NCBI GenBank assembly: GCA_023334545.1
Contig: JAADVB010000001.1
Location: 62,001 to 126,000 of the forward strand
DNA: 64,000 nt
Source of the DNA: Salisapilia sapeloensis CBS 127946
Taxonomy: Eukaryota > Protista > Oomycota
Reading direction: 5' to 3'
The notes beneath the pieces are model-generated. The model was not told the DNA's origin, did no database searches, and saw only the letters and a list, made by a program, of their open reading frames with translations. Numbering within the stretch: the stretch's first letter is position 1; every line of letters begins with the position of its first letter. Position numbers and translations under genes: made by a program. Positions 1 through 12,374 of the stretch are shown piece after piece.

Positions 1-3000
1 ATCGACATGCTGTACACCCCAGCTTGCAGAGGAGGTACCGTGAAAGATACAGCCATCGCACTTTCATCCATCAACTCCTGCTCTATCGCGATTGAATCGT
101 TGCCACGGATAAGTTGCAGCGTGAAGGAATCTTGGGAGCTCACTGCGTTACTACAGTATCGAACCGTGTAGCCTCCAAGCGTAGACCCGACAGTCGGCAA
201 CATTTCAGAACCGCTTAATAGATCGACCACCCGAACATCGCTTGAGAACAGCGTACGGCGATTTGTCCATGGTGTTGAAATGTACACGTGAAGCATATAC
301 GACCCATGCTTCTTGACGCAAGGTATGATGCATTCCATTTCTTTGCTAGAGACAACGCGTACTTTACCTTCGTTTGAGAATCCTTGCAAATGACAGCTAA
401 TTTCCTCATCCACATGGAAGAATGCTCCATAAATACTGACTTTTACTTCCCGTCCAACAGGTAAGACTGTCGGCCATGCAGACCTGATAGAAGGTTCCCT
501 TGTAAATTCTATAGGAAAGGTATCCATCACATGATCATTTGCCGCACTGCATATAACCGATAGAGTATAATGTCCAGGTGGCATGGATGGCACCAAGCAC
601 TGCAGAGTATGCTCCGATGTGAGGAAACCAGGGGACCTTTGATTGTGAAGTAAGCAAAAGAGCTGCATGCCTGTACGAAGTCCATAGACTGTAAACTCAA
701 CATGATGCGAGCTTGATGCTCGAATGCTCAAAGCCGATGTACTTGTAATGTTCGCTGCACATGCGTCTGGTACAACTGCACCTTCGTCGATAAATTCCAC
801 AAAGGTTTCAAGCTGACTCCAAATGGGCAGGTAGCCACTATGCCAAAGTTCCGAGTGACCAATAGCTGAAGAATCGACGCCTTCGTAGATTGAAAAGTTA
901 CGATGACTTGTATCGCCTTGGTATGACTGGTAATTGTGCAAGTAACTACCTGTGGCAGATACCTCCACCTCCATTCTTTCCTTGCCCTTTACGCCATGCT
1001 GTGCAATAGGATTAATAAACGTAACTGGAAACGATTCCAAACTCGTTTCTAATCCATTGAGACTAACCCGCAGCTGAGTGGATAGAGGAGCAATTGTCGA
1101 AGGAGCGATGCATTGTACTTTTGTGGCTTCGCTATAGATAGCGCGGACAAACTCCTGCCCAAAAACACAGTGTACATCATCGTCAGCATTTCTCAAGTTG
1201 GTTCCAGTAATAGTCACCAAGGAGCGTTGGTGAGCGTCATCGTATTTCGAGCTTGCCTTGAGAAGAGCTGGAGTAGGATACACAACTATACTTGTAAAGT
1301 AACGCGTCCAACTTTGTCCATCTTGGCTGAAATAGAAAGGATAGGTGTCGGGTGGTAATCGAGGAGCAATGCATAACAAAATATTGTCTCCTGTAGCTAT
1401 TGCTTCCGTGGTGGCAGTATGTCCAAATCGGCACTGCAAAGTCTTCGCAAGTGGGTGCAAATTTTCAACGTGGACTTCTACTTCAGCCCCTCCACGTTCG
1501 TCTATCAATTGTGGCACAACCTGATGTATAATGAGCGACTCAGCAACCTGTATCTGATGATGCATCCTAATTCGGTCAAATGTCATGCCCACGACCTTGA
1601 GCGATACCGAATAGATTCCGACCGATAACGCTGGTAGTTCACAAGATAAAAGTCCATACGTGCGTTCAAGTACTTTGCCCACGATAGAATTTACAATGCA
1701 CCCAGTTATTTGTTCTACGTTAAGGTCTGTTCCTTTGAAGTGAATGATCAATCCCTGCGGTTGGTGCGTAACGATAGAGTTTGCAAATTGTCGGATGACT
1801 GGAGTCGGCACGTAGGTGAACATCGAAGACAATCCAGGCCCAGCATCGATATATGTATCGTAAACTTTTAGCCTGAAGCGCACGGTATCCTCAACAAGTT
1901 GTGCAGGAGCGACACACTGGAGAAGATTCTCGTGCACGACAGATACGGGTACCAGAACGTGCCCAAAAGCACATTCAATTTTAGCATCGTTGTATAGTAC
2001 ACCATGCACATTAACGATTGTTCCACCCAAATCAAAGCTAGATGACGGGTAAAAGTGGTCAAGCGTGATCTGTGGTAGCACTTCGTACGATATAGACGAG
2101 TTATCTGTCAGTGCTGGATAGTCTAGTCCATTGTTGGACACAGATACCTTTTTCAATCCAGGTTTCATAAATGGTATCGAGCACTCGACTTCTGATGGCG
2201 ATAAGAACACCGCATCAGTCTCAACATCGCCAAACCTGCATCTCAGAGATTCTGAATTGATAAAATTGCTGCCAATAACTCGAGCTCTTGTCGGAATGGA
2301 GCGCGTTGGCATCCCTTTAACCGGTTCGATAGAAGAGACACCTTCCCACATAACAGCTTCATAAAAAACTCGGGTATTCACGACTCTGTCATTGTTCCCA
2401 AGTAACAGCTCCACAGAATGGCTTCCAAGGCTCAGCTCCGGTGTAGGGCATACTACGCTTCCATCTCGTACATTAACTGGAGAAACTGCTTCTGCTCCAT
2501 TAAAAATGCATTGTACCGAGTGTTCCGGTAGCAAGTTTAGAGCAGAAACTGTCAACAACGACGTGGCATCGAGCGGACCGAAACGAGGCTGGACGTCTTG
2601 GATAGATACTGTCTTGTAGTACTGAAAAGTCAACGGTTTCTTCGATAACAAACCTTCACTTTGCACCCAGACACTAACTGTATTGCTAGTTGAATTGAGC
2701 AAGTATGCTGGTGGGGTCACACAAGTCAGGAGTGTAGAAGATAAGACATTAGCCTCGGTCATATACAGGTCGTTGAAGCGACAATAGGTTTGGTCATTCG
2801 CCTGGAAGCCATTCCCTTCAACCGTCAGAGTCGTTTGACCACTTGACGGACCTGATAGTGGACTAACTACATCCAGCGTTATTGGGTCTATCACTTTCAA
2901 CTGTATGCTGTTGCTAATTTTTTTACTTCCGTCAGCAATCAAGTATAGCCCGCAGCTACCAGTTGCTTGCTTAAAGACATTCTGTACGTCACAGAAAACT

Positions 3001-6000
3001 CTCGCATCTGACTGCATCCTTACTGACCCTTCATATTCTTGATGACTGCACTCGAGTTTGCAGCTCAATCTATATGCCGCGTAGAAAGCACCCTCAAGCG
3101 TAAATATTGTCGATTCTTCTACCATTGGAGATGTTGACACAAAAGCAGGCTCAACTTTCTCGATAACCGACGCTTGAGCAAGATGAAGGTAACGTCGATT
3201 AGTTGCAATAGCACCACTTCCTTCTGTTTCAAAACTTATCCACACGTGAATGGGAGAAGCTGTGAAGTGCTGCAGGTTTGGAAGATCACATCTTACATTC
3301 ATGTCATCCACTGCAGATGCATCTGTAAACAGCTCACCACCAAAGTGACAGAACGCCTTTCGATTCGAGAGAAAGTTATACCCTTCTACGACCAATACTT
3401 CCATCGCCGTATCTCCAAGATCCACAACATTTGGAGAAAAGTGCGTCAGCATCGGTGAAGGTAAGCCATAAAGTGTTGCCGTATAAAGCAACGTAGACGA
3501 CGAATTTAATCGTAGCGAAAACTCGTTTGGTCCTGGTGTCTGTACAAAGACAGAGCAAGTCAAGGACGACGATGTGACCTTTTGTGCTGAAGAACATTTA
3601 CTTGTAAAACAGCAAAGCGTATCATCAACGAAGTGTTCACCTGTAACCACGATAACTTGATACTGCCCAACAACCCCCTCTGACGGAAATGCCTTGTTTA
3701 TCATGGGTTTTGTCAGCATAGAGAAGGATAAAGAGGCATTTATAGCATCGTATCCATTTAAAGCGAGGTACAAAAGATAATCTCCAGGTAGGCAATTTTT
3801 CGGTTGTCTGCACACAACAGAGCGGGATGATTCTAGCGTCGCTGCTGTTTCGAGGTACGTAGCACTATCGTCCAAGTGGTAGAAGCGACATTTCGCATCC
3901 AAAGAAGCTACCAAGTCCTCGCCTTTTACGCGCAATGGTTCATTCTCACCAGCAAAGCCATGCTCTGGAGTCACCGAGTCGATATGTGGTGGATCTAGAA
4001 GCTGGTAGCGAATCCCACTACCAGAGCTTTCACTACCTCCATATCGAACGCCGATCAGGACGGATTCCGTCTCAGCTGGTATATCCGTTGGCAGTCCACA
4101 AGTAACATCGGAGCCTACAATCAATACTGGAAGTGCTATGGCCGCATAGGAATTATCTGAGTTTGAAGTAATACACTCCAGGTCTTCGTCATTCTCCAAT
4201 TGAACGTTTGTGCGCAAAATCGTCTTGTCTAGCAATCCTCTAAAGCCGAAATTTGGAGTAAGACTGGTAACTTCGATCTGACGCAAGGTTTGTATAGCCG
4301 GTACCACTGCGTGTGAAAACAATTTTCCATCGTTCGAGACAGCCACAGAAAGATCGGGCGTCTTGGAAGTATCAAACCAAATAGCGCTACAACGAACTGA
4401 GCTAGGACTGATGCTCTGTACAGAAGCGAACGACCCACCGACGCGACATAAAGCTTCATCAAACTTTAGGAAGTTCTCTCCTGATACCACAATATCCAAT
4501 TTTCCTTGCTTTCCGATGGCATTAGAGCTTGAAGATATCGTGAAGGTTCCTTGAGCAGATTTTAAAGTTGGTACTAGCACGTAGGTGATGTCAGAGGCAT
4601 GCAAACTTATAGAAAGAGCTTCTTCTTTCATAATACTTGTAGCCGTAACTTGAAACGAAGCAGTTTCTTCTAAAGAACGCAATTCCGTATGGCTCGGAAC
4701 CATACATGCAAGTTCATTATCACTCTCAGCAATCGCATCGACGACATGTAACCCGAAATGACAATTGACTTTTCCATACAGCATAAAACCTTGGCCATGA
4801 AGGTACACTTTTGAAGTACCAGAGGAGCTAACACGTTTTGGATAAACATAATGTACTTCAGCCGGCGCACTACCGTACACGTATCGGATTCCAGCTTGGT
4901 ATAAGCTGCCTGTAGGCGTAGCTAAAGTCATGGCATTCGGCCCTGGAGGTATCACGTTTGGCGTTTTGCAGACCCCTTTTCGATTTCCAATAGTCTCCAT
5001 GGGGAAACATGAAAAGTCTTCAAAGCAACATACAGCGAAATCATTTTCTACGAAGTTTTTCTCCTTGCTGTGGACATACAAAGTAGCTGAGCCGTCCAAA
5101 TAAAGCTCTGATTCCAAATCCCAACTCTTCTCTGTAGGGCTAAACGTGATTGGAATCAAGCTGCTGGATGTTGCTACTGTGCCCCCTGGTAATGCTACAA
5201 GGCTTACTACAGCACTTCCTGATTCCATCATACGAACAAGTGGGCAAGAAATGCTAATGCTGCTTTGCACCGTCGCATCGAAGACAGCAGTGCTCGTATC
5301 AAATTCTAGTTGACACTTGTGAGGTACTCTTGGGTCAAACCCTTCGCCAGTAAAGTGCAGCTTTATGTCATTATGGGTATTGTAGGATGGCAGAGATACT
5401 GGTGATATCTCATGGACGATTGGTCGCGCTACAATTTCAACAGGCGAATCTGCAAACATGAAATCGGCGCCATTGAAAGACACTGCTAAGTGCAACACTC
5501 CGCTTAGCTCTAATGACTTCGTAGGACACCGTATCACTTCTTCTGACCGATATTCAGCTTCGCTTTGAACGCATGTGGTCAAATTACACAGTTGACAGAT
5601 AATACTCGGTGAATCGAAGAAATTACTGCCGTAGATCATGAAGGGCACTGCGCCGATTGCATATAATACTGATGGCTTTACGCTGGTAATTGAAGGAGAC
5701 TGGAAGATGCGAATGAACTCATTTGACGACTTAATAAAGCCAGTAGCTTCGCTTCCAAACATCAATTGGAGCGTTGTAACCCCCTTTGGCAATGGTGGCG
5801 TTTGGCATTTAATGCTTGCTCTATCGTTCGCTTCTGCATTCGAGCACATGCTGCCGTTAAAACAGCATCGAATCGGTGCATCAGGAAAATTTTTTGATAC
5901 AGTTATGTGTAGTGTAGAACCTCCTTCAGTAGAAATTATGGGAGGAGCAATGTGCTGGATAAAGGGCTCTTCACTACAACCGATGGGCATATCGTTCGAC

Positions 6001-9000
6001 GTCAAAAGACCATCAACACTAACAAGACGGATCGAGCTAAATTGTGAAAAAGTATCCACATGGCATATCGCTTCGTTTGCATCCAAGACTACTGCAGGAA
6101 CAACCATGTCACCCAAAAAGCAGTTGTATGGAATCGTAGCGTCAAAGTGATCTCCATAAATCGTCAAATTCTGTGTGTGGATGCAAGAAAAGAGCGCTGG
6201 GAAAACACTATTGATAGTAGGCGGATCTAACCTTGAAATGACGAGTTCGTTACTCCACTCCTGCTTGTTTAGACTGATTGTTAAATGCTCCTTCGGGTGC
6301 ATGGGTTCATCTCTTACCGGAAGATCGCACACCGCTTCCGTGCTAGAACGCGTAACTCCTTTCGCTGTATAGTTAGATCCGGATAATAAGCACCACACGT
6401 CATGTTGAGCAGGGAAATTCCTTCCGTGCACAATGACGCTTCCAGAGAAACCCACAGGAATGCTCTCAGGTTCGACGGACGAAACCTGCATAGGTTCTAC
6501 GTATGTCCACGCAATATCAACGCTATGCATGTACACACCATTATAGTCTGCAAGAGCGACAGATACTTCTGCAAGTCCGTCGGAGGGGGGCACGATACAC
6601 GAAGCTGAACTAACGGTGTCGAATGTCATAGGGGATTCAGCACCACTGGAGAATAGACACCTCAACGGGACTTCTTCTGTAAAGCCTGATCCTTCAATAA
6701 AAAGTCGAGTTCTACCGTGCATGGACCCGATTGTCGGGTGCATACCGTATATAACTGGTGTAGAAAGGTACCGAAAGTAGCGGGAATTCAACGTGATGGA
6801 TGAGAAGTAGTCGTGGTCGTTCGCGCTGACCGAGAAGCGTACGTCTCCACTCGCAAGAGATGGAGGTACTTTACATGAAAGTGAAGCGTTTTCCGCCACG
6901 ACAGACGCAGCAACGACTGTAGATCCGATCATACAAGTATATCGAATTTCTGGTTCATCGTAAACTTTTGACAGAGCGACATTCACTTCATATCCACCTG
7001 TGACGAAGCCAACTGATTGTGATAGTGCAAAAACCTCTGGAGGATCAATGATATCAAATGGTACTCGCAAATTGCTTTGGATGCCGTCGAAAATTAGTTT
7101 GACGTGACCGGTCATTTCAGAAATTAATTGATTTGGAATACAACACGTCCATTTCGTATCAGTCGTCCTCGAGCCCAAGGCTTCCATTTCTTCAAAGGAC
7201 GAAGGCAAGTTCGGTTGAAAAAGACATTGCAAGATACCAATGTTCGCTAGCTCAGCAGCTTCGAAATGGATCTGATGATGAGTATGGAAGACATGAGAGT
7301 GCGGTATGACATTTACACTAGCGGGAAGATCGTAGTACTCAAACACGATCACATTTGATGACGCAGGTACTTCGTCTCGAGTAGTCAAAGCAAAGTCGAC
7401 AGTGTCTGCCGTATATGGTGGAGAGGTGCATTGCAGAGAGTTGATAGAGAGAACTTCAGCTGGAATGAATTTCGATCCAAAGCGACACATCAAGCCACGA
7501 TGCACAATTCCCTCCACAAAAACAGTAATATCTGACTCGCCCAAAGTAGATCCTCTAGACGGATCAATTGACGCTATTTGCACGTATTCCATCAGCGTGA
7601 AATAAGCAGTGAAGTCATTAACAAATTCTGATTGCTTGGACGCGAGATGAACCTCTATTGTGCTTGCATCAGAAATAGGAGGCACCTCACAACTTGCGCT
7701 TTGATTATCAACGACAGTAGCAGGTAAGCGATGGTCACCAATAACGCATTCAATATCTACAGCAGATTCAATAGCGCTCAAGTCTACCTCATTTGTGTGC
7801 AGGGCAAGCTTTTGTGCAGTATTCATCACACCTAGGCTGGGTGCCACATCACGGACGATCACAGGCTGAAGGAAATTGTAATCCATCGCGTTTAACAAGG
7901 TTCTGCTCGCGCCGACAAGTATGATGTCTAGTGGCACTGTAGTCACTGCGCTGGAAAGCCACCAAAATGCAGGTACCTGACACAACCCAGTTGTAGCCGA
8001 TAAGATATCCAATTTTACTCTACCGAGACCGATAAACTCGCAATAAATTACATGCAAAGTGCTAAATTCACTGCCGGTCACTTGCACAGATGTCGAAATG
8101 CCAATTGTGCTTACAAGTGGAGTCACAGTGTCTACAACTGGAGTCGGAGTATACGGAAGAAGCAGAGGACCGTTTATCGAACCTGCTTCTTGCTCTTCTC
8201 CGTTGTGCACAACGTCAACTTCAATCCATTCAGTCAAACGTACAAAAGACGGGACTCGGCAACGCACACTAGTCGAATCCCTGTAGAAACCAGGACTAAG
8301 GACGGTACTATCACCAATGAAGCGGCAGCTAAGCGAGCTATAGTCGTGGAAACCAGTGCCAAAGATGATGAGGTTTTCGTTTATACCGAGCACATAATTT
8401 GGTTTTGAATAGACCAATGTGGGAGGAGAGTAGATCGTATACGAAGGCGCCACATACTCACGCTTGTCTAGTGTCACTTTGGCACCCACTGATAACGTGC
8501 TCGATCCAAATGCATCTTCAACACGTGGTGCACTGCAACGGATAGCAGTCTCAGAGATGTACTTACCTACTGTGGTAGCGAAATTTTCAAAAGAGCAATA
8601 AATATCCGGTGTATCGAACAAGTATGCTCCTTGGAACAATATGTCAAATTCGCCTTGTGTCGTGCCGTGAGACGGCGATAAACCGGTGATAAGAGGATCT
8701 GGTACATAGGTATACAGTTGTGGCTCTGTAAACTCCCGCCCATTGGTTGTTATTCGCAAGGATGCTGCGCCTGGCACCAACATGGGCTCAGCAGGAGCTT
8801 CGCATGTCATCTCAGTCTCAGATATGACTACCGCTTGGATCCGACTAGAGCCAAATTCGCACTCAAATGGCAGCTCCGAGGTGAAGAGCACTCCTGTGAT
8901 GGTCAAAATTGTCCCGCCACCGACGGGTCCAGCTTGAGGAGAGATTGCCTGTACTTGCCAATTTGGTTCATACTTGAATCGCAGCAAGTTCGTGTAGAAG

Positions 9001-11987
9001 CGACGACTACTATCGGTGACGCTAACGAATGTGTCCAATGGAACCAAGTAGCTGCCATCGTCAGCTAAGCTATTAGGCGTGTGACATTCAAGTGTCGTGC
9101 TCGAAAGAATCGTAGCTACAGATGCTTTGGCTGGCCCAACCTGACAATACAGCTCTCCTTTGAGAAATTGACCAAACCCAGATCCCTCAATTGTCAATTT
9201 AGTACCGCCACTTGCTCTTCCATGAGATGGATATAACGTACTAATCGTTGGTACATCATCCAAAGGGTCTTGAGATGAAGGTAGTTGTGTATTGTACTCT
9301 TCGGTGGTAGATACAGAGGCTGTCCCACATTCGACTGTCATGTAAATTGCGTCATGACCGTCGAATGGAGGTATTCTCCGGTACGTTGCCATTGCGAGTG
9401 ATTGTTTTACCAAACCAGTCGATCCCTTTAAAGTTATTGTTGAAGTGTCGTCACTTGTAGAGTAAGCAATTTCAAGTGATCCGTCTTCAGTGTTAAGTAG
9501 GTCAAAGTCGATGCGGCCGTGCTGTGACATCGTTTGAACAGTTACTGATACACTGCTTTCAAAGCAATTAGCTTGTAGAAACAGGTTTTGTAGATCAAGC
9601 GATAAATCCTCGGGAGAAATATTATCATCATAGCTTTTCGTATCTTGTAGCAGGACGTTGATCACGCGATTGGCTTCAGGTAAAATTTGCTCTGGATGAT
9701 TAACATCGAAGACACGTACCCCAATTTCATCACTACCTACGCCAGTACAAAGTTCATCCTCGGCTGTATACATTATCTCAAACAGCGCTTCATTCACATC
9801 TTGCAGAATCCCATGAAACCGGAGAAATCTGTCGTGGTCTCCTTCTCCCTCCAAGAAATCAATCTTCTCATTCGCTACTAGTGACAATGCACCATTAATG
9901 GTGTACATTTGTACCTCGTAGATCGTATCTCCCATCTCTGTCTTCGCGTCCACATCTTGCACACTAACACCAAAGATACTCGCAGTCTCTCCTGTCATTA
10001 CATTTTGTATTGCTGGTACTAAAAGTTGAGGAGGGTCATCTACTGGTGACATATTTAGTACAATCACCTTTTCATCCACTACTGCTGCACTAAAGCCAGT
10101 ACTGCCTTGATCCGAAACCTTCACGTGAAGTTCATCATTGCCATACCAATTCAAGAAGCCCTTGTAGCTAACTTGCGATAGAACTTTGTTGATGCTCGTC
10201 CGAGGGCCATTGAAAATGACTTGCTCATTTTGTACACCAGTACCAGAAACGAATGTGACTCCTGCTGTAGCAGGTAAGGAAATGACACCGTGATCAACAG
10301 ACAGTCGGATGATTACGTCATAGTCTGTCGCGGTGTCTTCGTTAACGTCTTCAATCGCAATGGCTGGAAGCATCAAAACTTGATCTTCCAACCCATCCAC
10401 TTTATCAGGACAAACAATCTTTGGATCATTATTTGCTGGCTCAACGACAAGAAAGACAGAGGCATGGGTAGATATGTACTCTGTCACGAGTTGAACTGTC
10501 GACCACTTGCTGTCACCTATGTTCTGCCACTGTAGCCGAGCTGTGTGCGATCCCGCAGGAAGCTGAAGCACCATACTAGCTCGAGCATTCTTAATTCCTC
10601 TCACTGTTCCGTCCACAAAAGACGCTAAATGCGCGTAGGCGATGCCGTCCACCACAAGTCGAGATTGGATACGGTCCCAATCGTTGCCCATTGCATAGGC
10701 AATGTGCGGGTTGTCGTGCTGAGTGATAGGTAGTATATATTTGAGCAATACCTGGGAAGTTTTGGGTAGAGTAAACTGCACGACCGAATCGCCAACATCG
10801 GACCATTCAGTCGACGTCGACGAGCTATACTTGTTTAAGTCATACACGGACACGTGATGAAGCGTTCGCTGACCGATAGCAGCGAGCGTTCTCCCCATCG
10901 CAAATCCATCTAGTGCTGTTGGTGCCGAATACCAATTTCTTTTCGTTCCGGACAATGATCTCCAATACAGGATGAGGCTATAATCACCAGGTTCCAAGTC
11001 CATGATGACATTCGCAGCTAAGATGACTGTCGATTTGGAGTCACGTCCAAGTGTTGCATAGGACCCTGTTTCCCGATATGCAATGCCATTGACCTTGAGT
11101 ACGCTCTCAATCTGATCCATTTCCATCATTTCTGTGCATGGTAAATGTACGTTAGACCCTTACCACCTACCATTTGACTACTATGAGAATGAAGGGTAGA
11201 TTCGACAAACCTTGTGATGACTGAAGAAGTTGAGGACGAACTGGGACTTGATAGAAGATACGGACACTCGATGATTCTGGAAGACGAAAGTGGAGACTCA
11301 TGTCATGAACCTTGATCCATTCTTCCGTGTCTTTGGTTATCGATGCAATGGACAGTGGCTGCGTAAACCATAGAAAGCGATGCTGTGCAGAGACAACAAG
11401 GCTACGGCCACCAACGAAGCCATCGAATATATTCGTCGAAATCATCCAAGCACGGACTTTATTACCCCTCTTCCGCCATTGCAAGTGTACTTCATGTTGA
11501 CCGGTAAAGAGCTCAACAAAGAGATAGCCACTGGCTGTCGTTACCCAAGGCTCTCGATCACCGATACTAGTGGCGGACTGTCGAAAGGGTGAACCATTGA
11601 CAGTCACGCGGAAGCTGACTTCATCAACTTCTGATGAAGAGCTATACGAGCTGGATGTATAGTCCTCCACACGAGTAACTGCCACATCATACGAAATACT
11701 AAGCATAGCTGTATTTGGCAAGTATAGCTCCACAAACGTGTCTGGGACGTTGACCCATTCATCGACCGGGGTCGATAACTCTGCTGGTTCCAACGGACTA
11801 GTACTCCACATGAGTTTGGGCGACCCATCTTCAGCTATTTCAGCTATATACAAACTTCAATATAAAGCTGAATTGCATAAGAAGACGTAGACATACCGAA
11901 TGCAACTGGAAGTACGAGTGGTATGCAGATCAGGCATTGTAGAAACCACACTCGGAAGAGATACAAACTCTGCTTTCTTTTCGCCAT
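1..11987 (-). CDS. Giant secreted/cell-surface protein: signal peptide, 3 N-terminal beta-sandwich repeats, ~3 cadherin-like modules, then a long IPT/TIG repeat array; C-terminus lies outside the window (>3,950 aa). Exons 11987-11897, 11843-11211, 11131-<1
   Basis: Spliced by hand: MAKRKQSLYLFRVWFLQCLICIPLVLPVAFA|EIAEDG is signal-like; GT-AG introns 11896-11844 and 11210-11132. I translated ~11130-8000 by hand and spot-checked ~7700, ~5700, ~3500, ~2150, ~1000 and position 3: all fall in the same frame with no stop. Recurrent IPT motifs, e.g. PTISTLYPSHGRASGGTKLTIEGSGF, VQAISPQAGPVGGGTILTITG, PSITSVKPS..., AVFLSPSEVECSIP. The ORF track reports no minus-strand ORF in this frame, as expected for an ORF with no stop inside the window. 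Confidence 0.9.
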
Positions 11988-12374
11988 GATCAACTTGGAA
12001 GTGTCCAAAACTTTAGAAGAGAATGTACGAGACAAGTAGCGTCCCTCAGGACGAGTCGCCGAAAGATATCATATCTTCGCTCTACCATCTTGTTATAGCA
12101 TCGGGCGGGGTTACAATTATGCATTTGAAATACAAGTCCGCCCAGTAGCCGTTGGGGAAATCGCCTTGTTAGAAACATAAATGACAACATATTGGCTAAA
12201 GTATGCTGTTCGGAATATTCCGAACAAGGTAGTGGAAAAAAAGGTCATATTGCGATTGGAGCCACCAACGAACGATCGCCGAGCGTCGAGGGGAACCCAC
12301 GGAAGCGCACGTTTGGGCCTTTAGATACCGTTCACATCTAGAGTAGTGGTCTGAGGCACAGCAATTCGTACAGG
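11988..12374. promoter_or_regulatory. Bidirectional promoter region between the giant IPT gene and SPT6
   Basis: Divergent ATGs at 11987 (-) and 12375 (+); ATTGG (reverse CCAAT) boxes at ~12193 and ~12255. Confidence 0.55.

Noticed and set aside
215-10806. Many short ORFs in the track over 0.2-10.8 kb (e.g. 5638-6150, 8052-8408)
   Set aside because: They are out-of-frame or antisense shadows of the giant minus-strand exon.
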